A stretch of 64,000 nucleotides of DNA from Bacillota bacterium (GTDB lineage: Bacteria > Bacillota > Sulfobacillia > JACIYH01), in contig JASEFA010000001.1 of the NCBI GenBank assembly GCA_030019365.1, positions 398,953 through 462,952 of the forward strand, read 5' to 3'. This document shows, in pieces, positions 8,544 to 17,943 of this stretch. The notes below the pieces were generated by a model. It did not search any database. It was not told where the DNA came from and saw nothing but the letters and a program-made list of their open reading frames with translations. The translations under genes were made by a program, and so were the position numbers. Position 1 is the first letter of the stretch, and each line of letters opens with the position of its first letter.

Positions 8544-9300
8544 GTCCCTCGCGGGCCGCCTTCCGCCAGAACACCTCCAGCTTCTCCCTCACCATGCGGG
8601 GGTTCTCGCCGGCCTGAATGGACAGAATCCCTTCCAGCATCAGCTCCTTTTGGGCCACCAGCTTGCGGGCCCGCAACTTCAGCTTCGCCGCGATGGGCAA
8701 CCAGATCAGGTTGGCGGAAGCAATGCCGTAGAAGGTGGCCAGGAACGCCACGGCGATGGCGGGCCCCAGGCGGGAGGTATCCTGCAGGTTGCCCAGCACG
8801 TGCACCAGCCCCATCACCGTACCGATAATGCCCATGGTGGGGGCATATCCCCCCGCCGTTTCGAATATGCCCGCCTCAGTCTGGTACTCCTTGTCCTTGA
8901 CGGCCAGGTCGGTTTCCAGGATGCTGCGCACCATCTCGGGATCCGCACCGTCGATCACCAGGTTGAGCCCGCGTACCAGGAAGGGATCATCCCCCTCGTG
9001 CACGTACTCCTGCAGCACCAGCAGGCCCTCTCGCCTGGCCTTCTCCGCGTGCCCCACGAGGGTTTCGATGACCTCCGCCATGGGCGGGTCCCGGGAGAAA
9101 AAGGCCTGGGCCAGTAAAGAGGGGATGCGGGCCAGTTCCGCGGGAGAATAGGACATGACGGTGGCCCCCAGGGTACCGCCCAGGATGATCACCAGAGCGG
9201 AGGGGTTGAAGAGGGCCCCCAGGTGACCTCCCTCCATGAACACAGAGATGATCAGGGCCGCGAAGGCCACCACCATGCCCAGTCCCGTGGTAATGTCCAC
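8509..9300 (-). CDS. motA: MotA-like proton-channel stator protein
   Basis: Start trimmed to GTG 9300, which has a GGGGGAGG Shine-Dalgarno (track 9636); N-terminus aligns with the B. subtilis MotA N-terminus, as recalled. Confidence 0.75.
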   Translation of the reverse strand: MDITTGLGMVVAFAALIISVFMEGGHLGALFNPSALVIILGGTLGATVMSYSPAELARIPSLLAQAFFSRDPPMAEVIETLVGHAEKARREGLLVLQEYVHEGDDPFLVRGLNLVIDGADPEMVRSILETDLAVKDKEYQTEAGIFETAGGYAPTMGIIGTVMGLVHVLGNLQDTSRLGPAIAVAFLATFYGIASANLIWLPIAAKLKLRARKLVAQKELMLEGILSIQAGENPRMVREKLEVFWRKAAREGRARPVQGEEAA

Positions 9301-9377
9301 TGTCCGCCTCCCCCGGGGCCGGACGCGAAAAGGCCCGGGCCGGACCCGGGCCTGGGAAACCGCCCCCCTCTGGGGTG

Positions 9378-10628
9378 TTATCGAACGGAGAAGAAACGGG
9401 CGATAGTCTGCCCTATCGCCCCGAGCAGGGTGCTCCTGGGTACGTCCCGCGCCGCCACCAGGGCGACCCGGGCCAGCTCCTTGCCGTCCAGGTGTAAGGC
9501 CATGATGCCCAGCTCGTCCCCGGCCCGCACGGGCGCGTTTGCACGGGGAACCACCTCGATCACCTTCTGTACCTTGTCGGCCCGGTCTTTCTCCACCGAC
9601 AGGGCCAGATCGCCTGCTGCCACCGCCGGGAGCCACCGCTCCTTCCCCCGCACCACCCTCACCCGGGCCACCTCCTCCCCCCCGCGGGCCGCCACCACCG
9701 GAGTGAAGGTAGCGAAGGCGTAGTTAAGGAGCTGGGTGGCCTCGCGCACCCTGGTGGCCGGGTCGGGAGCCCCCAGGATCACGGCCAGGAACTGCCGCTC
9801 GTCGCGCCTGGCTGAACCCACCAGGCAGTACTGGGCTTTGGAGGTATGACCGGTTTTGAGCCCGGTCGCCCCGGGATATGTGACCAGCAACCGGTTGCGG
9901 CTTACCAGCCAGCTCTTCTTGGCAGTGTTCTGTCGGATCCAAGCCTCCCGCAGCGTAGACAGCCGCACCACCTCGGGCAGCCCCAGGGCGTATCTGGAGA
10001 TCAGGGCCAGGTCGTAGGCGGTGGTCAGGTGGCCCTCGTCGTCCAGACCGTGGCAGTTCACGAAGTGGGTGTCCTTGCACCCCAGGGCCCGCGCTTTCTC
10101 GTTCATCCACTCCACGAACTTCTGCTCGGACCCGGCCAGGTACTCGGCCACCGCCACCGCCGCGTCGTTGGCCGACCCCACCGCCACTGCCAGCAGGAGA
10201 TCGGAGAATGGCATCTCCTCGCCCGGTTCGAGCCAGATCTCCGAGCCCCCCATCTCCCACGCGTTTTCGCTGGCAACCACCATGTCGTCCGGCTTGACCT
10301 TGCCCTGGGCCAGGGCTTCGCATGCCAGCGCCAGGGTCAGGATCTTGGTCAGGCTGGCCGGGGCCCACTTCTTGTGGGGTTCCTTCGCGTACAGTACCTG
10401 CCCCGTCACCACGTCCATGAGGACGGCCGCCTCGGACTTCAGGGCGAAATCCACCCTGGCGGTGGCCTCGGCCAGATCCCCGCTGGTTGCAGCCCCTTCC
10501 TCCCCCGGCGGCGGCCCGTCGGCAAGCCCCGTCTCCCCGGGCCACCCGGGTCCCAGAAGGAGGAGTGCGACCAGCAGAACGGCTCCCGCCATCCTGTGAA
10601 GGCGCACTTTCGTGCGCAATACTGCCAC
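9378..10628 (-). CDS. dacF: D-alanyl-D-alanine carboxypeptidase (PBP5/S11 family), DacF-like
   Basis: SxxK (ASLTKI), SxN (SANDA) and KTG (LKTGHT) motifs; signal peptide; position upstream of spoIIA as in B. subtilis. Confidence 0.8.
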   Translation of the reverse strand: MAVLRTKVRLHRMAGAVLLVALLLLGPGWPGETGLADGPPPGEEGAATSGDLAEATARVDFALKSEAAVLMDVVTGQVLYAKEPHKKWAPASLTKILTLALACEALAQGKVKPDDMVVASENAWEMGGSEIWLEPGEEMPFSDLLLAVAVGSANDAAVAVAEYLAGSEQKFVEWMNEKARALGCKDTHFVNCHGLDDEGHLTTAYDLALISRYALGLPEVVRLSTLREAWIRQNTAKKSWLVSRNRLLVTYPGATGLKTGHTSKAQYCLVGSARRDERQFLAVILGAPDPATRVREATQLLNYAFATFTPVVAARGGEEVARVRVVRGKERWLPAVAAGDLALSVEKDRADKVQKVIEVVPRANAPVRAGDELGIMALHLDGKELARVALVAARDVPRSTLLGAIGQTIARFFSVR

Positions 10629-10761
10629 CTCCCCGCGCCTTTTTCCCTAGCTTTCCCGCCTGGGTGGCCACGTACACCCGGCGCCCGGGCATGCGGGCTG
10701 GCGGGGGCACCGCCCTCAGTACCCCTGCGCGAGGTCGTGCCGGCGAGACGGGAGGATGCGG

Positions 10762-11958
10762 TCAGAAAGGCCGGGCGCCTGTTGGGGTCCAGTCCAGGGC
10801 GAACCCGCGGGCGATGGTGGCGGCCACGTCGGCTAAGGTGTGCCTGACCCCCAGGCAGCCCCGCTCTCTCCAGCGAGGGCCCGCAACCAGCACGGGTACC
10901 AGCTCGCGGGAGTGGTCGGTGCTGGGGGTGGTGGGATCGCAGCCGTGGTCGGCGGTGACGATGAGCATGTCAGCTTGGTGGGCAGTGAGCGTGTCGGTTT
11001 GCCGCAGCCGGGGCAGAAACCCGCCCAGCCAGCCATCGAACTGTTCCAGGGCCCGCGCGTATCCGGGCACGTCGTTGCGATGGCCGTACAGCATGTCGAA
11101 ATCCACCAGATTGGCCACGATCAGGCCCTGCTCCAGTCCGGCGAAAGCTTCGTCCAGAGCGGCCAGTATCTCCGCATTGCCACCTGCCGGGACGCGCGTG
11201 GTAATCCCCCGGCCGGCATATATGTCGGGCACCTTGCCGATCCCCACCACCTGGTAGCCCCTGCCCGCCAGGGCATCCAGTACGGTGGTCCCCGGCGGGG
11301 GCAGGGCCCAGTCGTGCCGCCCCGCAGTGCGCCGGAAGGATCCGGCCCCGCCGGCGAAGGGGCGGGCGATCACCCTGCCCACCCGCAGGGGGCTGCGGTC
11401 CAGGACGGCCCTGATCTCCGCACACCAGCGGTAAAGGAGAGACGGGGGAACCACTTCTTCGTGAGCGGCCACCTGAAGGACACTGTCGGCCGAGGTGTAC
11501 ACGATGGGTGAACCCGTGCGCAGGTGCTCCTCGCCCAGCTCCGCGATGATCGCCGTGCCCGAGGCGGGCACGTTGCCGAGCACTGCCCGCCCGGTGATGC
11601 GCTCGACCTCCGCCACCAGCCAGGAAGGAAAGCCGTGGGGGAAGGTATCGAGGGGAGCATCGATGACCACCCCGGCCAGCTCCCAGTGGCCGATCATGGT
11701 TTCCTTGCCGGGGGACAGGGGAGCCATGATCCCCCAGGCCCCGCCCAGCTGCGGGATGGGCAAGAGGGGGCTCCTGGGCACCTCGGTGCAATGGGTGAGA
11801 CCCAGGGAAGCAAGGTGGGGAATGCGCAGGCCGCCCACCGCGCGGGCCAGGTTCCCCAGGGTGTTCGATCCCCGATCTCCGTAGAGATCGGTGTCGGGGA
11901 GAGCCCCGACCCCCAGCCCGTCCACCACCAGCAGAATGGCGCGTCGACAGGACGTCAT
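10762..11958 (-). CDS. deoB: phosphopentomutase
   Basis: 398 aa alkaline-phosphatase-like fold, VVDGLGVGALPD N-terminus, metal-binding DHGCDPT. Confidence 0.85.
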   Translation of the reverse strand: MTSCRRAILLVVDGLGVGALPDTDLYGDRGSNTLGNLARAVGGLRIPHLASLGLTHCTEVPRSPLLPIPQLGGAWGIMAPLSPGKETMIGHWELAGVVIDAPLDTFPHGFPSWLVAEVERITGRAVLGNVPASGTAIIAELGEEHLRTGSPIVYTSADSVLQVAAHEEVVPPSLLYRWCAEIRAVLDRSPLRVGRVIARPFAGGAGSFRRTAGRHDWALPPPGTTVLDALAGRGYQVVGIGKVPDIYAGRGITTRVPAGGNAEILAALDEAFAGLEQGLIVANLVDFDMLYGHRNDVPGYARALEQFDGWLGGFLPRLRQTDTLTAHQADMLIVTADHGCDPTTPSTDHSRELVPVLVAGPRWRERGCLGVRHTLADVAATIARGFALDWTPTGARPF

Positions 11959-12845
11959 GCCCGCGGATGGGCCCGTGAGTATACCTCCTTCAGCCTTCCC
12001 TTGGTCACCTGGGTGTAAATCTGGGTGGTCGAGATGTCCACGTGACCCAGCATTTCCTGCACGGAACGGAGATCGGCGCCGTTCTCGAGCAGGTGGGTGG
12101 CAAAGGAGTGACGCAGGGTGTGCGGGGTGATGTTCTTCTCGATACCGGCCTGCCGGGCATATTTCTTCACGATCTTCCAGAAGCCCTGCCTGGTCAGGCG
12201 GGCCCCCTGGTGATTCAGGAACAGAGTGTGTTCGCCGGGGTCACCCAGCAGGCGAGGCCGCCCGTAGGTGATGTACTCCCTAACCGCCTTGCGGGCCATG
12301 CGCCCGAGCGGGATGATGCGCTCCCTTCCCCCTTTGCCCAGGCAGCGCACGTAGCCCAGGTTGAGGTTGGCATCCTCCAGGCGCAGGTTGACCAGTTCGG
12401 AAACCCGTATCCCCGTGGCGTACAGCAACTCCAGCATGGCCCGATCCCGCAGTCCGCCCGGTGTGGCTGCGTCCGGCTGGGCCAGCAGTCGCTCGACCTC
12501 CTTCACCGTGAGCACGCGGGGGAGCTTCCGCTCCATGCGGGGGGATTCCAGGTTGTCGGTGGGATCGCTGTCCATGTAGCGCTCCCGCACCATGAAGTGG
12601 TAGAAAGCACGCAGGGCAGCCAGCCGCCGGGCCACCGTGGCCGTGGCGCGCCCCTGCTTCTGCAGCCAGACCAGGTAAGAAACCACCGTGGCGCGGCTGG
12701 CGGTGGCCAGGTTCTGGCCCGACTGGGCCAGGAACTGCTGGTACTGGTCCAGGTCGCAACCATACGAGGCCAGGGTGTTCTGGGAGAGACCCTTTTCCGT
12801 GCGCAGGTAGTCGACGAAATGCGCAATCAGGTCGGGTACCGCCAT
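11955..12845 (-). CDS. xerD: tyrosine recombinase XerD
   Basis: Catalytic R...HxxR...Y residues (LRHSFATHLL...STTQIYTQV); start trimmed to ATG 12845 (MAVPDLIAHFVDYL); housekeeping position next to deoB. Confidence 0.8.
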   Translation of the reverse strand: MAVPDLIAHFVDYLRTEKGLSQNTLASYGCDLDQYQQFLAQSGQNLATASRATVVSYLVWLQKQGRATATVARRLAALRAFYHFMVRERYMDSDPTDNLESPRMERKLPRVLTVKEVERLLAQPDAATPGGLRDRAMLELLYATGIRVSELVNLRLEDANLNLGYVRCLGKGGRERIIPLGRMARKAVREYITYGRPRLLGDPGEHTLFLNHQGARLTRQGFWKIVKKYARQAGIEKNITPHTLRHSFATHLLENGADLRSVQEMLGHVDISTTQIYTQVTKGRLKEVYSRAHPRA

Positions 12846-13000
12846 GGCCTTACCACCCTTTGGGTGTCCCCCGCTCCTCCGGGCCGCCTCCCGGGTATTC
12901 GGCGCGGTCAAGGGAATTCCTTTCTGCTTTGCCATCAGTCCCCGCCCCTCATAGTCATGTTCCCAACCCGATAGTTATGTATTCCCCCGGCCACCTAGAA

Positions 13001-13076
13001 CGGGGCCGGGGGATGGGATTTCGCCTGCGGTGGCACCCGCCGGACCGGGGCCGGGGGATACGGTTTCGCGCCCGCG
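13001..13076. repeat. Two imperfect ~30-bp direct repeats (CGGGGCCGGGGGAT.GG.TTTCGC) plus an overlapping 9-bp-stem GC hairpin at 12984-13012
   Basis: Seen directly; lies between the ald 3' end and the xerD 5' end. Confidence 0.5.
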
Positions 13077-13110
13077 GGGCATCCGGCGGGTCGATGAGGC
13101 TGCGCCGGAA

Positions 13111-14220
13111 TCAGAGGATCTCCGTAAGGGCGCGGCCGGGGAGCCCGTGAGCTTCGGCCACCGCCGGGTAGGTGATGTGACCCAGGCACGCGTTGACACC
13201 GCGGGCCAAGGGGGGGTCCTCCCCCACCGCGCGCCTCCAGCCCTTGTCCGCCAGGCAGAGGGCATAGGGCATGGTCACGTTGGTGAGGGCCAGGGTAGAG
13301 GTCCTGGGCACCGCACCGGGGATGTTGGCCACCGCGTAGTGGACCACGCCGTGCTTGACGAAGGTGGGGTCCGAGTGGGTGGTGACCCGATCCATGGTCG
13401 CGACGACGCCACCCTGGTCGATGGCCACATCCACGATCACCGACCCCGCTTTCATGGCCCTGACCATGTCCTCGGTCACCAGGTGGGGAGCGCGGGCTCC
13501 CGGTATGAGCACGGCACCGACGAGCAGGTCGGCGCGCGCCACCGCCTGGGCGATGTGGTAGCTGTTGGACATGAGAGTGGTCACCTGGCCGCCGAAGAGG
13601 TCGTCCAGATAACGGAGCCGCTCGGCGCTGATATCCAGCACGGTGACCCGCGCCCCCATCCCGAAGGCGATCTTGGCGGCGTTGGTCCCCACCGTCCCGC
13701 CGCCCACGATCACCACGTCCGCGGGGGGAACGCCCGGAACCCCGCCCAGCAAGACCCCACGGCCTCCCTGGCGTTTCTCCAGGAAGTGAGCCCCTATCTG
13801 CACGGCCATCCGCCCGGCCACCTCGCTCATCGGGGTGAGCAGGGGCAGGGAACCATCGGCCAGCTGTACGGTTTCGTAGGCGATGGCCACCACCTGGTGT
13901 TCGACCAGGGCCAGCGTCAAGGCCCGGTCGGCCGCCAGGTGGAGGTAGGTGAACAGAACCTGGCCGGGGCGAAGGAGATCGTATTCCTGCGGCAGCGGTT
14001 CCTTCACCTTGAGGACCATTTCCGCCCCCCAGGCGTCCTCGCGACTGACCATGGTGGCCCCCGCCGCCTCGTAATCGTGATCGGAAAAACCGCTTCCCTC
14101 CCCCGCTCCCTGCTGCACCAGTACCCGGTGCCCGCGCCCCGCCAGGGCCAGTACTCCGGCCGGGGTAATGGCGACCCGGTTCTCGTCCGCCTTGATCTCT
14201 TTGGGAATCCCTACGATCAC
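13111..14220 (-). CDS. ald: alanine dehydrogenase
   Basis: [18 protein letters not shown]-terminus, NAD site VIVGGGTVG; GTG start at 14220 with a GGAAGGAAGGG Shine-Dalgarno; the 599-aa track ORF in another frame is rejected. Confidence 0.85.
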   Translation of the reverse strand: MIVGIPKEIKADENRVAITPAGVLALAGRGHRVLVQQGAGEGSGFSDHDYEAAGATMVSREDAWGAEMVLKVKEPLPQEYDLLRPGQVLFTYLHLAADRALTLALVEHQVVAIAYETVQLADGSLPLLTPMSEVAGRMAVQIGAHFLEKRQGGRGVLLGGVPGVPPADVVIVGGGTVGTNAAKIAFGMGARVTVLDISAERLRYLDDLFGGQVTTLMSNSYHIAQAVARADLLVGAVLIPGARAPHLVTEDMVRAMKAGSVIVDVAIDQGGVVATMDRVTTHSDPTFVKHGVVHYAVANIPGAVPRTSTLALTNVTMPYALCLADKGWRRAVGEDPPLARGVNACLGHITYPAVAEAHGLPGRALTEIL

Positions 14221-14412
14221 GTGCCCATCCCTTCCTTCGTGCCAGAACTGTGTGCAGGAACTTCTCCTGGAACTGCCACCGTTCCGAGTTTCGCATCGTG
14301 AACCACCAAGGACAATACTTCCCCCGCCGGCCGGATTCCTGCTTGCGGTCGGATTTCCCCGAGTGACACGGGGCAAAGGCGGGGGAGGAGTCCCTTGCGC
14401 CCGCCGTGCTTC

Positions 14413-15030
14413 CTAAGTTCCCACCAGTGAACCCAGCAATCTGATCAGGGCGGGCGTGAGGTAAGCTTCGACCAGGCTGGCCAGCCCCAGCACGCAGACC
14501 ACAGTGATGCCCACACCGACGTAGGCTACCACGTCCCCCAGGAAAGCTCCCGCCCAGCGCCGGCGCCGGGCGGTCCACACCTTGCCGGCGAAGGAAAGGG
14601 AGGCAACCGCCGCCGCCCACAGGGCGGGTACCGCCAGGAGGTTGTGAGGCAGCACCGCTCCCAGGCTGAACAACACCCCGCGCCAGCCCGCCTCGCTGGC
14701 CAGGAAACCAACTGTGAAACCGATGGCAAACCCGCGTACGACCACGAGAAACAGCACCAGGGGAACACCGATCACTACCAGTCCGCCCAGCCACATGATG
14801 GCCAGGGTGCGCAGGTTCTGGTCAACCGAAGCCCGCAGGATCTGGGGCCCACCCCGTCCCTGGGCATTATCCCCCAGGATTCGACCCAACTCCTCCAGAT
14901 AAGTGGTGAGCTCGGCACGCTGAGCCGCATCCAGTGCCCGCACCGCCCAGGCCCCCAGGCCCAGCCCCAGAACAAACAGCAGCACCACCACTACCGTGAG
15001 ACGCAGGTGGCCTGCAAAGAAAGAGGCCAC
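14413..15030 (-). CDS. spoIIM: stage II sporulation protein M
   Basis: ~205 aa polytopic membrane protein with SpoIIM-like features (LEELGRILG..., multiple TMs); synteny with xerD and perR as in B. subtilis. Confidence 0.65.
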   Translation of the reverse strand: MASFFAGHLRLTVVVVLLFVLGLGLGAWAVRALDAAQRAELTTYLEELGRILGDNAQGRGGPQILRASVDQNLRTLAIMWLGGLVVIGVPLVLFLVVVRGFAIGFTVGFLASEAGWRGVLFSLGAVLPHNLLAVPALWAAAVASLSFAGKVWTARRRRWAGAFLGDVVAYVGVGITVVCVLGLASLVEAYLTPALIRLLGSLVGT

Positions 15031-15078
15031 ACCGCCGCGCGTGGCGGCTCACCCCTTCCCTCCGGATTCCAGTAGAGG

Positions 15079-15600
15079 TTATGCCCCCCCTTCGGCGGGT
15101 ATGTCCTGGCCCAGGAACGGGCCGGCCAGCAGCAACCCCAGCATGGTCTTGGCGTCCTGGAGGCGACCCTGCGCCAGCCACTCCATGGCCTGTTTCCAGG
15201 GCACCTTGCCCACCTGGATGGCTTCGTCTTCTTCGGGAGAAGGCTCCCCTTCCACCAGGTTGCGGGCCAGGTAGACGACCATCTTCTCCGTACAGAAACC
15301 GGGAGTGGTGTAAAACTCCGCCAGCTCGATCCACTCCTGGGCGCGGTACCCGGTTTCCTCTTCCAGCTCGCGCCGGGCCGCCCCCGGGGGCTTCTCCCCC
15401 GGCCTCAGGGTGCCGGCGGGGATTTCCCACAGGCGGGCCCGCACGGGGTGGCGGTACTGGCGGACCAGGACCACCTCGCCTTCGGCGGTGATCGGCACCA
15501 CCGCCACCGCTCCCGGGTGAATCACCATCTCCCTTTCCACCACGCGGCCTTCCACCCGCACCCGGTCCACCTGCACGTGCAGCAGCCTGCCGTGGAAGAC
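15079..15600 (-). CDS. nudF: ADP-ribose pyrophosphatase (NUDIX hydrolase); 5' boundary uncertain
   Basis: NUDIX box GTLRPGEKPPGAARRELEEETGY; the track ORF extends to 15924 through a Pro/Arg-rich repeat that is probably not coding. Confidence 0.65.
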   Translation of the reverse strand, partial: VFHGRLLHVQVDRVRVEGRVVEREMVIHPGAVAVVPITAEGEVVLVRQYRHPVRARLWEIPAGTLRPGEKPPGAARRELEEETGYRAQEWIELAEFYTTPGFCTEKMVVYLARNLVEGEPSPEEDEAIQVGKVPWKQAMEWLAQGRLQDAKTMLGLLLAGPFLGQDIPAEGGA

Positions 15601-15775
15601 GGTCTTGCTGGCCCGGGGGATGGGAGTGAGCAGGGGGCGAGGGCTGGGGCCCACCACCCGCACGGGCTCCTCCGGCTTGGGGCGGCGCACCCGTATTTCC
15701 GTTCCGTATGCCTCCACCGGAGGTATTACGGGTTTGGGAATGCGGACGCGACTGCCGCCTTTTCTGATGGGGGAA

Positions 15776-15819
15776 CGCGGACTCTGCTCAGGGCGCGGAC
15801 TCTGCTCAGGACGCGGAGC
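15776..15819. repeat. 18-bp tandem direct repeat CGCGGACTCTGCTCAGGR, ~2.4 copies
   Basis: Seen directly; spans the stop codon of the 252-aa hypothetical gene and lies upstream of nudF. Confidence 0.6.
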
Positions 15820-16564
15820 CTCCTCCTGCTCCCTGCTCACCGCTCTCTTCTCCTTCCGGAACCTCCGACCACTTGCGCCGCGACTGCTGGGCGCAGGCTT
15901 TGCCCAGCCTGCGGTTGGCGGCATCCAGGGTGGCCTTGACGAATGCCTCCACCCTTTCTCCCTTCACCACGGCCGCTCCCGCCAGGGCCTCGTCATCCCC
16001 CCTGGGGTTGAGCAGTATCAGGGTCACCACCGCCACCTGCTGGCCCCCCACCTCCTGGCAGGTGGCACCCTGGGCCGAGAACTCCCAGCCCGGGTCCGCC
16101 AGCTGATTGAGGGCTTTCACAGCGGCACTGGCGGCCGTGAACCAGATGGCCAGGGGCATGTCGCCGCCCTCGTCGGCTCCCTGACAGGTCAGCACCGGTT
16201 CCCCGGTGGCGGGATCGAGCAGGCCCAGGTTCACCTCCACCCGGGTCAGGTGCCGGATGGTGTTGTTCAAAACGTGAACGCTCATAAGACGAACGCGTAC
16301 CCTGAAGGGGGAAGGCTCCTTCTGGACCAGCTGCGCCACGCTGATACACTTGTGATCGATGACCATGCCCCAACGCGCCATCAGGCACGACTCCACGTCC
16401 CGGACGATCTGTTTGGCGGGACGGTCGCTCCCGGCCAGGACGTGGATCTCTTCAATGGCCCCCCAGTCGGAGACCACCACGCGTACCGCCTGTACGGAGG
16501 GCAGCTGGCGGATAAGCTCCTCCACTTCCTCCACCGTGATGATCCGGCGCGGTTGTTCCTCCAC
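15806..16564 (-). CDS. hypothetical protein, 252 aa, family not recognised
   Basis: Long ORF with plausible composition and no better competing ORF; no recognisable motifs. Confidence 0.4.
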   Translation of the reverse strand: MEEQPRRIITVEEVEELIRQLPSVQAVRVVVSDWGAIEEIHVLAGSDRPAKQIVRDVESCLMARWGMVIDHKCISVAQLVQKEPSPFRVRVRLMSVHVLNNTIRHLTRVEVNLGLLDPATGEPVLTCQGADEGGDMPLAIWFTAASAAVKALNQLADPGWEFSAQGATCQEVGGQQVAVVTLILLNPRGDDEALAGAAVVKGERVEAFVKATLDAANRRLGKACAQQSRRKWSEVPEGEESGEQGAGGGSAS

Positions 16565-16639
16565 AGCCCTCTCCCCGTTCCCGGCCCCTTCCTCCTATTT
16601 CTTCGTCCCGTACCCGGTACTCCTCCAGTGCCCGCGGGG

Positions 16640-17191
16640 TCAGGGGGCAACCAGGGCGATCTCGCGGCCCCGGCGGAGAGCGGCCTCGTTGAGGGGGATG
16701 AGATCGTGCCGGTGCACCGGGAGAGCCTTGCGCAGGGATTCGGATACCGCCGTCTCGGATACGGCCCCGGTGAGGGCGAGGAACGCCCCCAGGCAGACCA
16801 TGTTGGCGATCCGGCCCGAGCCCAGCTCCTCTGCCACCTGATTGGCGGGCACGGCCACCACCTGGAGATCGCCGCGCGCCGGAGCCCGGTCAATCAGAGA
16901 GGAGTTGTAGATGAGAATCCCTCCGGGGCGCACCGACTCCTCGAACCGATCCAGGGAAGGGCGGTTGAGGATGATGGCGGCAGTCGGCTCGGTGACCAGG
17001 GGGCAGGCCACGGGCTCTTCGGATATCACCACGTGACAGTTGGCGGTTCCTCCCCGCATTTCCGGCCCGTAGGAGGGCAGCCAGGATACCTGTTTGCCGT
17101 CCAGCATACCGGCGTAGGCCAGGAGGGAACCCATCGCCATCACGCCCTGGCCCCCGAAGCCGGCCATGATCACTTCATGCGCCATGCTCAC
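16640..17191 (-). CDS. 2-oxoacid:ferredoxin oxidoreductase gamma subunit
   Basis: GFGGQGV motif typical of the Por/Kor gamma subunit. Confidence 0.8.
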   Translation of the reverse strand: MSMAHEVIMAGFGGQGVMAMGSLLAYAGMLDGKQVSWLPSYGPEMRGGTANCHVVISEEPVACPLVTEPTAAIILNRPSLDRFEESVRPGGILIYNSSLIDRAPARGDLQVVAVPANQVAEELGSGRIANMVCLGAFLALTGAVSETAVSESLRKALPVHRHDLIPLNEAALRRGREIALVAP

Positions 17192-17943
17192 GCCTCCCCG
17201 TGCCCGGGCACCTTGAACTCACCCAGGCGGTAATAGGGGAGCATGTGCTGCTCCACCCAGCGCAGGGCCTCCACCGGGGTCATCCCCCAGTTAGTGGGGC
17301 AGGACGAAACCACCTCCACCAGCGAGAAGCCCTGATTGCTGAGCTGCACCTCGAAGGCACGGCGCAAGGCTCGCCTGGCCCGATTGACGTGGCCGGGGGC
17401 GTGAACCGACACCCGGGCCACATACGCTGCCCCGTCCAGAAGGGCGAGCATCTCGGGAATCCGCACGGGATGGCCGTGGTAGGAGGCGTCCCGCCCGCGG
17501 GGGGTGGTAGTGGTTTCCTGCCCCACCAGGGTGGTGGGGGCCATCTGCCCGCCCGTCATCCCGTAGATGGCGTTGTTGATGAACACCACCGTAATGCGCT
17601 CTCCCCGGGTGGCGGCATGGATGATCTCGGCTGTGCCGATGGCCGCAAGGTCACCGTCCCCCTGGTAGGTGAACACCACCGCGTCGGGCCGGGACCGCTT
17701 GACTCCCGTGGCTACCGCCGGCGCGCGCCCGTGGGCGGCCTGGATCATGTCGCAGTTGAAGTAGTTGTACGCGAACACCGCACACCCCACCGGGGCTATG
17801 CCCACCGCCCGCTCCCGCACGCCCTGTTCGTCCAGGCACTCCGCCACCAACCGATGCACGATCCCGTGGGGACATCCCGGACAGTAGTGAAAGGGGACTC
17901 CGGTAAGGGCCTGGGGCCGGCTGAAAATGCGCTGCATCACCAC
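17188..17943 (-). CDS. 2-oxoacid:ferredoxin oxidoreductase beta subunit (TPP-binding)
   Basis: CPGCPHG and GDG...NN TPP motif; 4-nt overlap with the gamma subunit gene. Confidence 0.85.
   Translation of the reverse strand: MVMQRIFSRPQALTGVPFHYCPGCPHGIVHRLVAECLDEQGVRERAVGIAPVGCAVFAYNYFNCDMIQAAHGRAPAVATGVKRSRPDAVVFTYQGDGDLAAIGTAEIIHAATRGERITVVFINNAIYGMTGGQMAPTTLVGQETTTTPRGRDASYHGHPVRIPEMLALLDGAAYVARVSVHAPGHVNRARRALRRAFEVQLSNQGFSLVEVVSSCPTNWGMTPVEALRWVEQHMLPYYRLGEFKVPGHGEA

Noticed and set aside
7728-9300. motAB as a Zorya/other anti-phage stator system
   Set aside because: MotA here is ~264 aa with a normal architecture (ZorA is much longer), and no zorC/D-like partner genes follow
11955-12845. 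xerD as an integrase marking a mobile element
   Set aside because: Conserved housekeeping position next to deoB as in Bacillus, uniform GC, and no flanking att-like repeats or phage genes
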